From: Candidatus Multivorans sp.
Lineage (GTDB): Bacteria > Acidobacteriota > Thermoanaerobaculia > Multivoradales > Multivoraceae
Assembly (NCBI GenBank): GCA_965224025.1
Contig: OZ245033.1
Coordinates: 256,001-320,000 of the forward strand
Length of the DNA stretch: 64,000 nt
Direction: 5' to 3'
Below, piece by piece: positions 28,118-36,713 of this stretch. Position 1 is the first letter of the stretch. Each line of letters opens with the position of its first letter. A model generated the notes under the pieces. The model saw nothing but the letters and a program-made list of their open reading frames with translations. It searched no databases and was not told the origin of the DNA. A program made the translations under genes and the position numbers.

Positions 28118-30970
28118 CTACATCGACCACCGGATCCCGAACTGAGCCGAACGCTGCGGTCCGCGGCTCCGGATTCCTGGAAAGTCATCGATAGTAACAG
28201 TGCCGGGCTCGCCGATACGGCCGCTGTTGTTGTAGCTGCGCAGACCGTTCATCTCGATCGCGTTCGTCCGGTCGGTGGCGTTGAAGACGTCGAGAAAGAC
28301 GTGAAGGTCGTGCCGTTCTCTGACGGTGAACGTCTTGGCCAGACGCACATCAGCCGAGAAGTAGTCCGGCGCGTTCCTGCTGTTGAAGCCCTCGAAGAGA
28401 TCCTGCGGATAGGCGGCGAAGCCCCCAGGTGAGCGTATGAACTCTGAGTCCCGGACGGTGAAGGGAGTGCCGGACCGGTAGTCCAGGAAACCAGACAGTT
28501 GGAGGCCCCAGGGCAGGTTCCCCACCGCTGAGAGCTTGTAGCTGTGCTCCACCGCGGTGTTGAGCGGCCCATTGAAGAGCGCGGGCGGGTTGTCCAGACC
28601 CTCGTATTGAGCTGCCCGATTGAGGGTGGAGTTGCCCGAGATCAAGTCGAAGTACGAACTGCCGACGGCGTCCTGATTCGTGTAGCTCACATGCACCAGG
28701 GAGCCGTTGGCAAAGCGGCGCTTGAACTCGACATCGACATCGAGGACCTCGCTGTATCCCGTGTTGGTGTAGAAGAGGATTTGTCCCCTGGTGGGATCGG
28801 GACGCGCTCCGTCGTGCTCGAACGACACCCTGTTCTGGAAGTCCGTAAAGAAGAGGCCATCGCTGTCGGAGCCGAAGACGTGGATGCTCAACGTATTGCG
28901 CTCACCGAGCTGGCGCTCGTAGCCCACGTTCCACTTGACGATCTCGGGTAGGTGGAGGTTCGGGTCGACGATTAGCTCGCGAGGGGTCGAGCCCGGTCTC
29001 GTCGGGTCCATTTCGAGAGTCACGGGATCGATCGGCACGTTGAAGAGGAGCGGCGGCCGGCCAGCCCCCGTATGGCCGATCAGGTTCGTCCGATCGTGAT
29101 ACAGCCCGGCGCCGAAGCGGAGGACGGAACGGCCGTTCCTCCCGACATCGACGGCAGCGCCCAGCCGCGCCTCGACGGTCTGGTCGTCGACCAGGTTGTT
29201 CCGGTCGTAGCGCCCGCCGAGGTTGAACGTCCAGCGGTCGTTCACGAACCAGTCGTCCTGGATGAAGAGATGGCTGTTCGTGACCGAGACGTCGATGTCG
29301 GTCGCGAATTGGTACACCCCACTGGCCGGAGGGACGGAGAAGTCGTCGACAAACCCATAGCTCCAGTTGCGCCACGCCGGCTGCTCGGTTCGCTGACCGA
29401 AGCGCTCCACGCCGACGCCGGCGCGCAAGGAATGATCCCCACGGAGCCAGGACAGGCGTTCCTTCCACTGGAAGCTCTCGAGCGTGTTGTCGACTTCGGG
29501 GCCGATGGAGCCCTCGAGGTGAAAAACGAGGCCGCCATCCTCGTGGAAGTAAAGACGCAATCGCCGCAACGGATCCGAGGAGGTTTCCATGCTCCGGTCG
29601 GCCTGAATCTGCCCCAGCACCGATTCAAGCGTCATGTCCGATCCCACGGCGGCGACATGGCGCGCGGACAGGCCCAGGGAGTCGTTGGCATGATCCTGAT
29701 GCTCTATGTCTTGCTGGCGGGAGCGGAAGAGCGAGTGCCCGATGGCGGCCTGCTCGCTAACCCAGTTCCCCGACACCGTCAGGTCGTTCGAGTCCGAGAA
29801 CTGGTGGGTCAGCTTGCCGGTCAGGCGGTCGCGGTTGGTGACGTTGGCGGTCAGCCCCAACTCGACCGGCACGGAGCGCGTGAAGACGTGGCTCTGGTTG
29901 TAGTCGTAACCCATCTCATAGTCGTCGTGCTCGTAGCTGGTGAAGAAGTGGGTCGTGCCCCGGTTGACGGGGCCTCCCAGGGTCAGCGAGGCCTGCCTGA
30001 TTGTGAAGTCCTGGCCCTCCAACTGTTCCGCGTCGTCCGCCGTCGCCCCGGTGAACCCCGCTTCCACCACGCCGTCGTGCTGTTGCTGAACCGTCGCCGA
30101 GGCGTTGTACTGGTCGGCCCCGGAGCGGGTGATGATGTTGATCACACCTCCGGACGCGTTGCCGTACTCGGCCGAGAACATCGAGGTCGACACCTGGACC
30201 TCCTGGATGGCGTCCAGGTTGTAGGTCTGCAGCGCCGTTCCCGTCGAGAAGGTCGATCCCCTCTGGCCGCCGCCGGAAGAACTCCGGGGGCCAGCCCGGG
30301 TCTCGGACGTGGCCAGGTCGTCGTAGTTCAGGTCGCTCAGGTCGTTGTTGGCTACGCCGTCGATCAGGAACTGGTTCTGGTTCATGCGCGCCCCGTGAAC
30401 GCTGAAGCTGTTGTTGGGGGCGCTGTTCTCGAGCCCGCCGACCGCAAGCCCCCCGTGGACCCCCGGGAGGATCTTCAGCACGTCCAGGAAGCTCCGGTTC
30501 GGGAGCGGCAGGCTCTGGATCTCCTCGAAGGTGATGTACTTGTTCACCCGGGAATCGACCGACTCGATCTGCGGTCGCTCGGAGACGACGGTGATCTCCT
30601 CGCTCACTTCCTCGGCGGCCGCGAGTTCGAAGTTCACGCGCTGAATGCTGCCGACCCGCACCGCCAGCGACGCGGGGGCGCCGGCATAGCCGGTGGCCTC
30701 CACCGAAACCTGGTAGGTCGCGGGGCGCACGTTGGTCGCGTTGTAGAACCCGTCGGCGTCGGTGGTGACGACGAGCGGCTCCTCGATCTCCTGCGACTGC
30801 AGGATGACGGTCGCGCCGGAGACGGCAGCCCCCTCGCTGTCCGTCACGTGGCCGAGCACCTGGCCGGTGGGACCCTGGCCGGCGGCCGGCGCAGCTACCA
30901 GCAGCAGCACGGCCAGCATCATGGCCCAGCCCACCGCCTGCGCGTGTCGAGTTCTCGTCTCGTTGAACAT
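28118..30970 (-). CDS. TonB-dependent receptor (Oar-like, N-terminal carboxypeptidase-regulatory domain)
   Basis: GHVTDSEGAAVSGATV, LPLPNRSFLD, NQFLIDG, FSAEYGNASGGVINIITRSG, FIQDDW, C-terminal RSAQFGIRWSM. Confidence 0.9.
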   Translation of the reverse strand: MFNETRTRHAQAVGWAMMLAVLLLVAAPAAGQGPTGQVLGHVTDSEGAAVSGATVILQSQEIEEPLVVTTDADGFYNATNVRPATYQVSVEATGYAGAPASLAVRVGSIQRVNFELAAAEEVSEEITVVSERPQIESVDSRVNKYITFEEIQSLPLPNRSFLDVLKILPGVHGGLAVGGLENSAPNNSFSVHGARMNQNQFLIDGVANNDLSDLNYDDLATSETRAGPRSSSGGGQRGSTFSTGTALQTYNLDAIQEVQVSTSMFSAEYGNASGGVINIITRSGADQYNASATVQQQHDGVVEAGFTGATADDAEQLEGQDFTIRQASLTLGGPVNRGTTHFFTSYEHDDYEMGYDYNQSHVFTRSVPVELGLTANVTNRDRLTGKLTHQFSDSNDLTVSGNWVSEQAAIGHSLFRSRQQDIEHQDHANDSLGLSARHVAAVGSDMTLESVLGQIQADRSMETSSDPLRRLRLYFHEDGGLVFHLEGSIGPEVDNTLESFQWKERLSWLRGDHSLRAGVGVERFGQRTEQPAWRNWSYGFVDDFSVPPASGVYQFATDIDVSVTNSHLFIQDDWFVNDRWTFNLGGRYDRNNLVDDQTVEARLGAAVDVGRNGRSVLRFGAGLYHDRTNLIGHTGAGRPPLLFNVPIDPVTLEMDPTRPGSTPRELIVDPNLHLPEIVKWNVGYERQLGERNTLSIHVFGSDSDGLFFTDFQNRVSFEHDGARPDPTRGQILFYTNTGYSEVLDVDVEFKRRFANGSLVHVSYTNQDAVGSSYFDLISGNSTLNRAAQYEGLDNPPALFNGPLNTAVEHSYKLSAVGNLPWGLQLSGFLDYRSGTPFTVRDSEFIRSPGGFAAYPQDLFEGFNSRNAPDYFSADVRLAKTFTVRERHDLHVFLDVFNATDRTNAIEMNGLRSYNNSGRIGEPGTVTIDDFPGIRSRGPQRSAQFGIRWSM

Positions 30971-31182
30971 GTCCTTCGCTCCCTTTCGGTTCCCGGCCTT
31001 CGCGATCTCGAAGCTGCCTGCACCGGAGGTCGTCCGACCCCCGGCCACCGGGCACACTTCAAACGGCTTGGACAGACTATGGGCAGGGCATACCCGATAG
31101 CTTGATCCAATCCCGAGCCGAAGTTGATCGGACTTGAAGCGATAAGCAACCAGAACGTGAGCCGGTCCGCTAGAATCCGTCG

Positions 31183-32847
31183 ATGATCTTCTACTTCGGC
31201 CCCTTCGTGCTGAAGCCGGAGCAGTACGGCCTTGAGGTCGCCGGAGAGCCCCGCCAGCTTCAGCCCAAGGTGTTCGAGCTGCTGACCTTCCTGGTCGCGA
31301 ACCGGGACCGGGTGGTGTCCAAGGAGGAGTTGCTCGGGAACATCTGGGACGGCGCCTACGTGACGGAGGCGGCGATCAGCCGGGCGGTCAGCGAGGCGCG
31401 CAAGGTCCTCGCCGACGGCGGCGGAAGCGCCGAGTGGATCACCACCGTGTACGGGCGCGGATTCCGCTTCACCGGCCCGGTGATCGAGGATCTGGCCGCG
31501 CCGGAAGGCGACCCTTCGGTCGCCGTGCCGCCGCCCGAAGAGGAACGGGGACTCTCGATCGCCGTCCTGCCGTTCGCCGACCGCAGCCCGCAGCGCGATC
31601 AGGCGCACCTCTGCGAAGGGATGGCCGAGGAGATCCTCCACCGGCTCGCGCACGTCGTCGGCCTGCGGGTCACGGCCCGCGGCGTGTCCTTCCAGTACGA
31701 CGCGCTGGCCGATCCCCGGGTAGTAGGGCGGCAGATCGGCGCCAACCTGGTGTTGGCGGGCACGGTCCGCAAGGACGGCGACGAACTCCGCATCGACGTC
31801 GAGGTGACGGACGCCCGCACCGGCATCCAGGTCTGGTCGGAGCAGTGGCAGCGGCATTCGCAGCAGATCTTCGCGCTGCAGGACGAGACCGCAACGCTGA
31901 TCGCCGAGACCCTGGAGCTGCGTCTGGCGCCGGACGCGGCGCGGCACGAGGCCCGGCGCACGGCGTCCAGCCAGGCCTACGACCTCTACCTGCGCGGCCG
32001 GAGTCTCTACCACCAGGCGCGCAAGAGGACTTACTACGAGGCGCGGCGGCTGTTCGCGGAGGCGATCGAGCTCGATCCGGCGTACGCCCTGGCTCACGCG
32101 GCGTCCGCGCACTGCTCCGCGTATCTCTACCTGTTCCACGAACCGAGCGAGGACAACCTCAGACTCGCCGACGAGTCGAGTTCGCGAGCCCTGGAGCTGG
32201 CGCCCGAGGTCGCGGAGGCGCACTCGGCGAGGGCGATGACACTCAGCACCAACGGCCGGCTGGAGGAGGCCGAAGTCCACTTCCGGCGCGCCTTGGAACT
32301 CGACCCGCTGAGCTTCGAGGCGAACCACAACTTTGCCCGTCACCGCTTCGCCCAGGGCCGGATGGAGGAAGCGGTCACGTTCTTCTTCCGGGCCATCGAA
32401 GCCGATCCGACGGCTTACGCCCCCTGCTCCATCTGCACCGCGGCTCTGGCGGCGCTCGGCCGGACTTCTGAAACGGCTCGGCTCCAGGAGCTCACGCAGG
32501 CCAGGGTGCAAAGGCGCCTGTTGCGCTACCCCGACGACCAGCGCGCGCTCTACCTGGGCGCGGTCAATCTCGCCCGCGACGGTCGGACGGACGAGGCCCT
32601 GGAGTGGGCCGCGCGGGCGGAGGCCCTGGATCCCCAGGATGCCGTGGCGCTCTACAACCTGGCCTGCGTGGCGGCCGTGTGCGGCGATGCGGATGCCGGG
32701 CTCCGGTACCTGGAATCGGCAGTGAGGCATGGTTACCCGCACCTGCGCTGGATCGAGAACGATGCCGACTTGGCGGCGCTGCGGGCGGATCCGCGGTTTG
32801 GGGAGGTGGTGGCGGGGCTGCGGGGGGCGGCGCGGGCTGCTGGCTGA
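31183..32847 (+). CDS. Winged-helix (OmpR/CadC-type) regulator with TolB-like and TPR domains
   Basis: LQPKVFELL..VVSKEELL..ITTVYGRGFRF; SIAVLPF; multiple TPRs; divergent from the TonB receptor. Confidence 0.88.
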   Translation: MIFYFGPFVLKPEQYGLEVAGEPRQLQPKVFELLTFLVANRDRVVSKEELLGNIWDGAYVTEAAISRAVSEARKVLADGGGSAEWITTVYGRGFRFTGPVIEDLAAPEGDPSVAVPPPEEERGLSIAVLPFADRSPQRDQAHLCEGMAEEILHRLAHVVGLRVTARGVSFQYDALADPRVVGRQIGANLVLAGTVRKDGDELRIDVEVTDARTGIQVWSEQWQRHSQQIFALQDETATLIAETLELRLAPDAARHEARRTASSQAYDLYLRGRSLYHQARKRTYYEARRLFAEAIELDPAYALAHAASAHCSAYLYLFHEPSEDNLRLADESSSRALELAPEVAEAHSARAMTLSTNGRLEEAEVHFRRALELDPLSFEANHNFARHRFAQGRMEEAVTFFFRAIEADPTAYAPCSICTAALAALGRTSETARLQELTQARVQRRLLRYPDDQRALYLGAVNLARDGRTDEALEWAARAEALDPQDAVALYNLACVAAVCGDADAGLRYLESAVRHGYPHLRWIENDADLAALRADPRFGEVVAGLRGAARAAG

Positions 32848-32880
32848 CTGTCGGTGCGCCGGCCACTGGATGCGCCGCCC

Positions 32881-33035
32881 ACTGGGCGCGCCGGCCTTCT
32901 GGCCGGCTGCCGCCGGAGGCGGCCAAGCGACAGCACCGGCCGCAGGCCGGTTCCATCCGGCAAACGGCCCCAACGAACTTCGGGCTCGCCGCTTCGCGGC
33001 ATCGCGCCCAATGCCGGCCAGAAGGCCGGCGCACC
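32881..33035. repeat. Inverted REP family B doublet (REPIN/BIME-like); right copy interrupted by IS110
   Basis: ACTGGGCGCGCCGGCCTTCTGGCCGGC ... GCCGGCCAGAAGGCCGGCGCACC; the remaining CAGTG resumes at 34746. Confidence 0.85.
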
Positions 33036-33245
33036 TGTACCTTTCTCGGGTGGATTCTGGTGGGTCGTTGAGAGAGGTGGAATCGACCAGTAGCCGTCGC
33101 GGCTGCGGTAGCTGTGGGAAACCGGCTTGCCGGTTTTCCAAGGTCCGGCGGGAAACGGTCTGCCGTTTTCCGCGGGACCGGCAGCTTCCGCAGCCGGGAC
33201 CGCCGGTCGGTTTCGTTTCCGGCCTGCCGGAGTCACTGAAGGAAG

Positions 33246-33400
33246 GTCGGCAAGCAGCCAGGAGCGACCACCGGCGCACTGTGCTTCGAGCACCTGGCTG
33301 GGACCCGTGCCCTGGCTGCTTCGCCGCGTTGGACGCCCAGTGGAGAGTCAGTGCCTTAGAGCACCAGTACAGGTACGGGCAGGCAACGCGGCATGCCGAC
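33246..33400 (+). ncRNA. IS110 bridge RNA core (target- and donor-binding loops), copy 1
   Basis: LTG CCGGCGCAC 33271, RTG CTGGG 33298, LDG GTGGAGAGTC 33340, RDG GTACAGG 33367; closing stems GCAGCCAGG/CCTGGCTGC, GCCGCGTTG/CAACGCGGC, GTCGGCA/TGCCGAC; transcript ends unknown. Confidence 0.85.
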
Positions 33401-33435
33401 CAGGCAACACTACCGCAAGGGAGAAGGAGGACGAG

Positions 33436-34689
33436 ATGACCAGGACGTGGTTCGTCGGCGTGGACTGGGGGTCCGAGACCCACCACGTGTGTGTGCTGGA
33501 TCGGGACGGCAAGGTGAGGGGGGAGCGGGCGTTCGACCACAGCGGCAAGGGACTTGCCGCCATGGCCGACTGGCTCCTTGGACATACCCGACCGACGTCT
33601 CCGGACGAGATCGGCGTCGCCATCGAGGTGCCGCACGGACCGGTGGTCGAGACTCTCCTGGAGCGGGGTTTCGCCGTCCATTCGATCAACCCCAAGCAGC
33701 TCGACCGCTTCAGGGACCGCTTCTCCGTCGCCGGCGCCAAGGATGACCGCCGCGATGCACGGGTGCTCGCCGCCGCGCTTCGCACCGACCCCGAGTGCCT
33801 GAACCGCGTGCAACCATCCGATGCCGCCATCGTCATGCTGCGCGAGGTGTCCCGCGCCCGCAAGCAGTTGGTCAACCAGAAGAACCGCCTGGAGAACCAG
33901 GTCCGCGACCAGCTCTGGCGCTACTACCCGCAGTTTCTCGCCGTGGTCAAGAACGAGGTGTCGGCGCCCTTCGCGCTGGCCTTGTGGCGACTGGCGCCGA
34001 CCCCCGGCAAGGCTCGACGGCTGCGCGAAGCCACGCTCGCCAAACTGCTCAAGGAACACCGCATCCGGCGCCTGACCTCCGCCCAACTGCGCGATCAACT
34101 GCGGGCCGAGCCGATCGCCGTTTCCCCGGACACCGTTAAGGCCGCCGTCGAACACATAGGACTCCTCCGGCCGGTGCTCGACACCGTCTGCCGCCAACTC
34201 GCCGACGCCGACAAGCGGCTGGAGCGGATGACCCGCGCACTCGAGGCCCCGGCCCAACGGGAAAACGACGACGACTCCCCTAAGCCGAGCGACGCCGCCA
34301 TCCTCAGGTCGCTGCCCGGACTCGGCAAGGTCGGCCTCGCCACCCTGCTCTCCGAGGCCGATCAAAGCCTGGGCCGCAGAGACCACGAGGCACTGCGTTG
34401 CCTCTGCGGAGTGGCGCCGGTGACCGTCAAGTCCGGCAAGAAGCTCATCGTCATGCGACGACTCGCCGCCAACGAACACCTCAGCGACGCCGTCTATCAC
34501 TGGGGACGAGTCGCCATCGAGCATGACCCGATCAGCCGCGCCAAGTACGACGCCATGAAAGCCCAGGGAAAGACGCACGGACGCGCCATCAGACAACTCG
34601 TCGACCGACTCCTCGGCGTCGCCTGCGCCATGCTCCGAGACCGAACTCTCTTCGACCCCAACAAGCGATGCCATGCCCAGGTCGCATGA
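33436..34689 (+). CDS. IS110 DEDD recombinase (417 aa)
   Basis: RBS AAGGAGG; GVDWG, AIE, KDDRRDA RuvC-like DEDD residues; SLPGLG, GVAPVTVKSG Tnp domain serine. Confidence 0.95.
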   Translation: MTRTWFVGVDWGSETHHVCVLDRDGKVRGERAFDHSGKGLAAMADWLLGHTRPTSPDEIGVAIEVPHGPVVETLLERGFAVHSINPKQLDRFRDRFSVAGAKDDRRDARVLAAALRTDPECLNRVQPSDAAIVMLREVSRARKQLVNQKNRLENQVRDQLWRYYPQFLAVVKNEVSAPFALALWRLAPTPGKARRLREATLAKLLKEHRIRRLTSAQLRDQLRAEPIAVSPDTVKAAVEHIGLLRPVLDTVCRQLADADKRLERMTRALEAPAQRENDDDSPKPSDAAILRSLPGLGKVGLATLLSEADQSLGRRDHEALRCLCGVAPVTVKSGKKLIVMRRLAANEHLSDAVYHWGRVAIEHDPISRAKYDAMKAQGKTHGRAIRQLVDRLLGVACAMLRDRTLFDPNKRCHAQVA

Positions 34690-34823
34690 CCTCCCTGACC
34701 CGCAGCAGCCTCCCCAAAACACACTTGCTAAAGGGTGGAGAGTCCCAGTGGGCGGAGCTTGCGCACCCTGCCTCGTCACAGGCACACTCACGCTTCACAC
34801 GAACAGCTCGGGGGGCGGAGCGG

Positions 34824-35603
34824 ATGCTGGAACTTGGACTTGAGGGCAGGGTGGCGATCGTCACCGGCGGCAGCGAGGGGATGGGGCTCGCGACGGCGCG
34901 CCGCCTCGTTGGCGAGGGCGCGCGCGTCGCGATCTGCGCGCGGCGGGCGGAGAACCTGGAGCGGGCCGCCGACGAGTTGCGCGCGGCGGGCGGCGGCGAG
35001 GTCTTCGCCCAGCCCGCCGACGTGACCTCCGCGGCCGACGTCGACCGCTTCATCGACGCGGTGACCGCCGAGTTCGGCGGCGTCGACATCCTCGTCAACA
35101 ACGCCGGCGCGTCGGCCGCGCAGGGCCTCGAATCGCTCGACGACGACGCCTGGCTCGCGGACATCCAGCTCAAGGTGATGGGTGCGGTGCGTTTCTGCCG
35201 GGGCGTCGTGCCCTCGATGCGCAAGCGCGGCGGCGGTTCGATCGTCAACGCGACGATCGGGGGCGGCAAGGCGGCGCCGGCGCGGGCGCTGCCGACCAGC
35301 GTCACCCGGGCCGCCGGCATCAACCTGACCAAGTCGCTCGCCAACGAACTGGCCGCCGACAACATCCGCGTCAACACGATCTGCATCGGCCTGATCAAGA
35401 GCGACCAGTGGGTGCGCCGGGCGACGGGCCAGGGCGTCGAGGTCGAGTCGATCTACGAGGCGATGGGCAAGCGCGTCCCCCTGGGCCGCGTCGGCGAGGC
35501 GGAGGAGTACGCCGACCTGATCGCGTTCCTGGTCTCGGAGCGCGGCGCCTACATCACCGGCGCGTCGATCAACCTGGACGGCGGGCTGTGTCCCGTCGTG
35601 TGA
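34824..35603 (+). CDS. SDR family oxidoreductase
   Basis: VTGGSEGMG, LVNNAG, NIRVN, YITGASINLDGG; lacks canonical YxxxK. Confidence 0.88.
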   Translation: MLELGLEGRVAIVTGGSEGMGLATARRLVGEGARVAICARRAENLERAADELRAAGGGEVFAQPADVTSAADVDRFIDAVTAEFGGVDILVNNAGASAAQGLESLDDDAWLADIQLKVMGAVRFCRGVVPSMRKRGGGSIVNATIGGGKAAPARALPTSVTRAAGINLTKSLANELAADNIRVNTICIGLIKSDQWVRRATGQGVEVESIYEAMGKRVPLGRVGEAEEYADLIAFLVSERGAYITGASINLDGGLCPVV

Positions 35604-35634
35604 CCTGCCGGCGGAGCCAAACAAGGAGCCGAAC

Positions 35635-36681
35635 GTGAAAGTAGCGATGCAGAAGAACCCCTTCAATCGCGGGGATCTGATCGAGGCGCAGGGGTTCGAG
35701 ACCGTGGAGGGCGTCTGCCGCAACGAGGACGACCTGGCCGACCTGATGTCCGACGCCGACGGCGCCCTGGTCGGCGTCATGCCGCTGACCTCGCGCTCCG
35801 TGCTCGAGCGGTGCCCGAAGCTCAAGGTGGTCAGCCGGCTGGGGGTCGGCGTCGACTCGATCGACCTCGACGCGGCGACCGAACTCGGCATTTTGGCGAC
35901 CAACGTGCCGGGTTCCAACACGACCGAGGTCGCCGACCACGCGATGGCGCTGATGCTGGCGCTCACCCGGTGTGTGGTCGACGCCGCCGGCACTACCCGC
36001 GAGGGCCGCTGGGGCCATCGGGAATCGATGATCGGGCTCCTCACCCGTGCCCGGCGGATCGCCGGCCATACGGTCGGCATCATCGGCTTCGGCAACATCG
36101 GCCGCGCCTTCGCCACCCGGGCCCGCGGCTTCGGGCCGGCCCGGATCATCGCCGCCGACCCGTACGTCGACCAGGTCACCGCCGACCTCTACGGCGTCCA
36201 GCTCGTGCCGCTCGAGGAGCTGCTGGCCGAAGCCGACTACGTGACGATCCACTGCTCGGCGACCGAGGAAACGCGGCACCTGATCAACGCCGACACGCTC
36301 GCCCTGATGAAGCCCACGGCCCTGCTGGTCAACGCGGCCCGGGGGCCGATCATCGACGGTGCGGCACTGGCCGAAGCGCTCGCCGAAGGCCGGATCGAAG
36401 CCGCCGCGCTCGACGTGACCGAGAAGGAACCGATCGACCCGGACGATCCGCTGCTGAAGCTGCCCAACTGCCTCGTCACCCCGCACATCGCCGGGTTCTC
36501 GCCGGTGTTCCTGGGCGAGTGCCCGATCCGCCAGGCCGAGAACGTGATCCGGGTGCTGACGGGCGAGATGCCGCATGGCATCGCGAACCCCGAGGCGATC
36601 AAGACGATCGCGGTGATGCGGGCGAGCGACCCGGGGCGCTGGGAGGGGGTACCGGACTTCTCGACCGCGCTGGCGTTGTAG
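35635..36681 (+). CDS. D-isomer 2-hydroxyacid dehydrogenase (CtBP/SerA-like)
   Basis: GVGVDSID, EVADHA, GIIGFGNIG, VNAARG, LDVTEKEP, TPHIAG. Confidence 0.9.
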   Translation: MKVAMQKNPFNRGDLIEAQGFETVEGVCRNEDDLADLMSDADGALVGVMPLTSRSVLERCPKLKVVSRLGVGVDSIDLDAATELGILATNVPGSNTTEVADHAMALMLALTRCVVDAAGTTREGRWGHRESMIGLLTRARRIAGHTVGIIGFGNIGRAFATRARGFGPARIIAADPYVDQVTADLYGVQLVPLEELLAEADYVTIHCSATEETRHLINADTLALMKPTALLVNAARGPIIDGAALAEALAEGRIEAAALDVTEKEPIDPDDPLLKLPNCLVTPHIAGFSPVFLGECPIRQAENVIRVLTGEMPHGIANPEAIKTIAVMRASDPGRWEGVPDFSTALAL

Positions 36682-36713
36682 CAGCCACGCCCCGGAGCCA
36701 ACAGGAGAGAACC

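Larger units (their letters stand above)
33036..34745 (+). mobile_element. IS110-family element, copy 1 (1710 bp)
   Basis: No TIRs; flanked by CC core (33034-35 and 34744-45); removal restores GCCGGCGCACCCAGTG; near-identical to 40891-42600. Confidence 0.93.

Noticed and set aside
33127-33435. N-terminal extension of the IS110 ORFs to 520 aa (also 40982-41290)
   Set aside because: This region is the structured non-coding end holding the bridge RNA; a strong RBS precedes ATG 33436/41291, where the DEDD domain begins
30919-34791. 1290-aa minus-strand ORF
   Set aside because: Antisense shadow of the regulator and IS110 genes in high-GC DNA; it crosses an IS boundary and has no recognisable motifs
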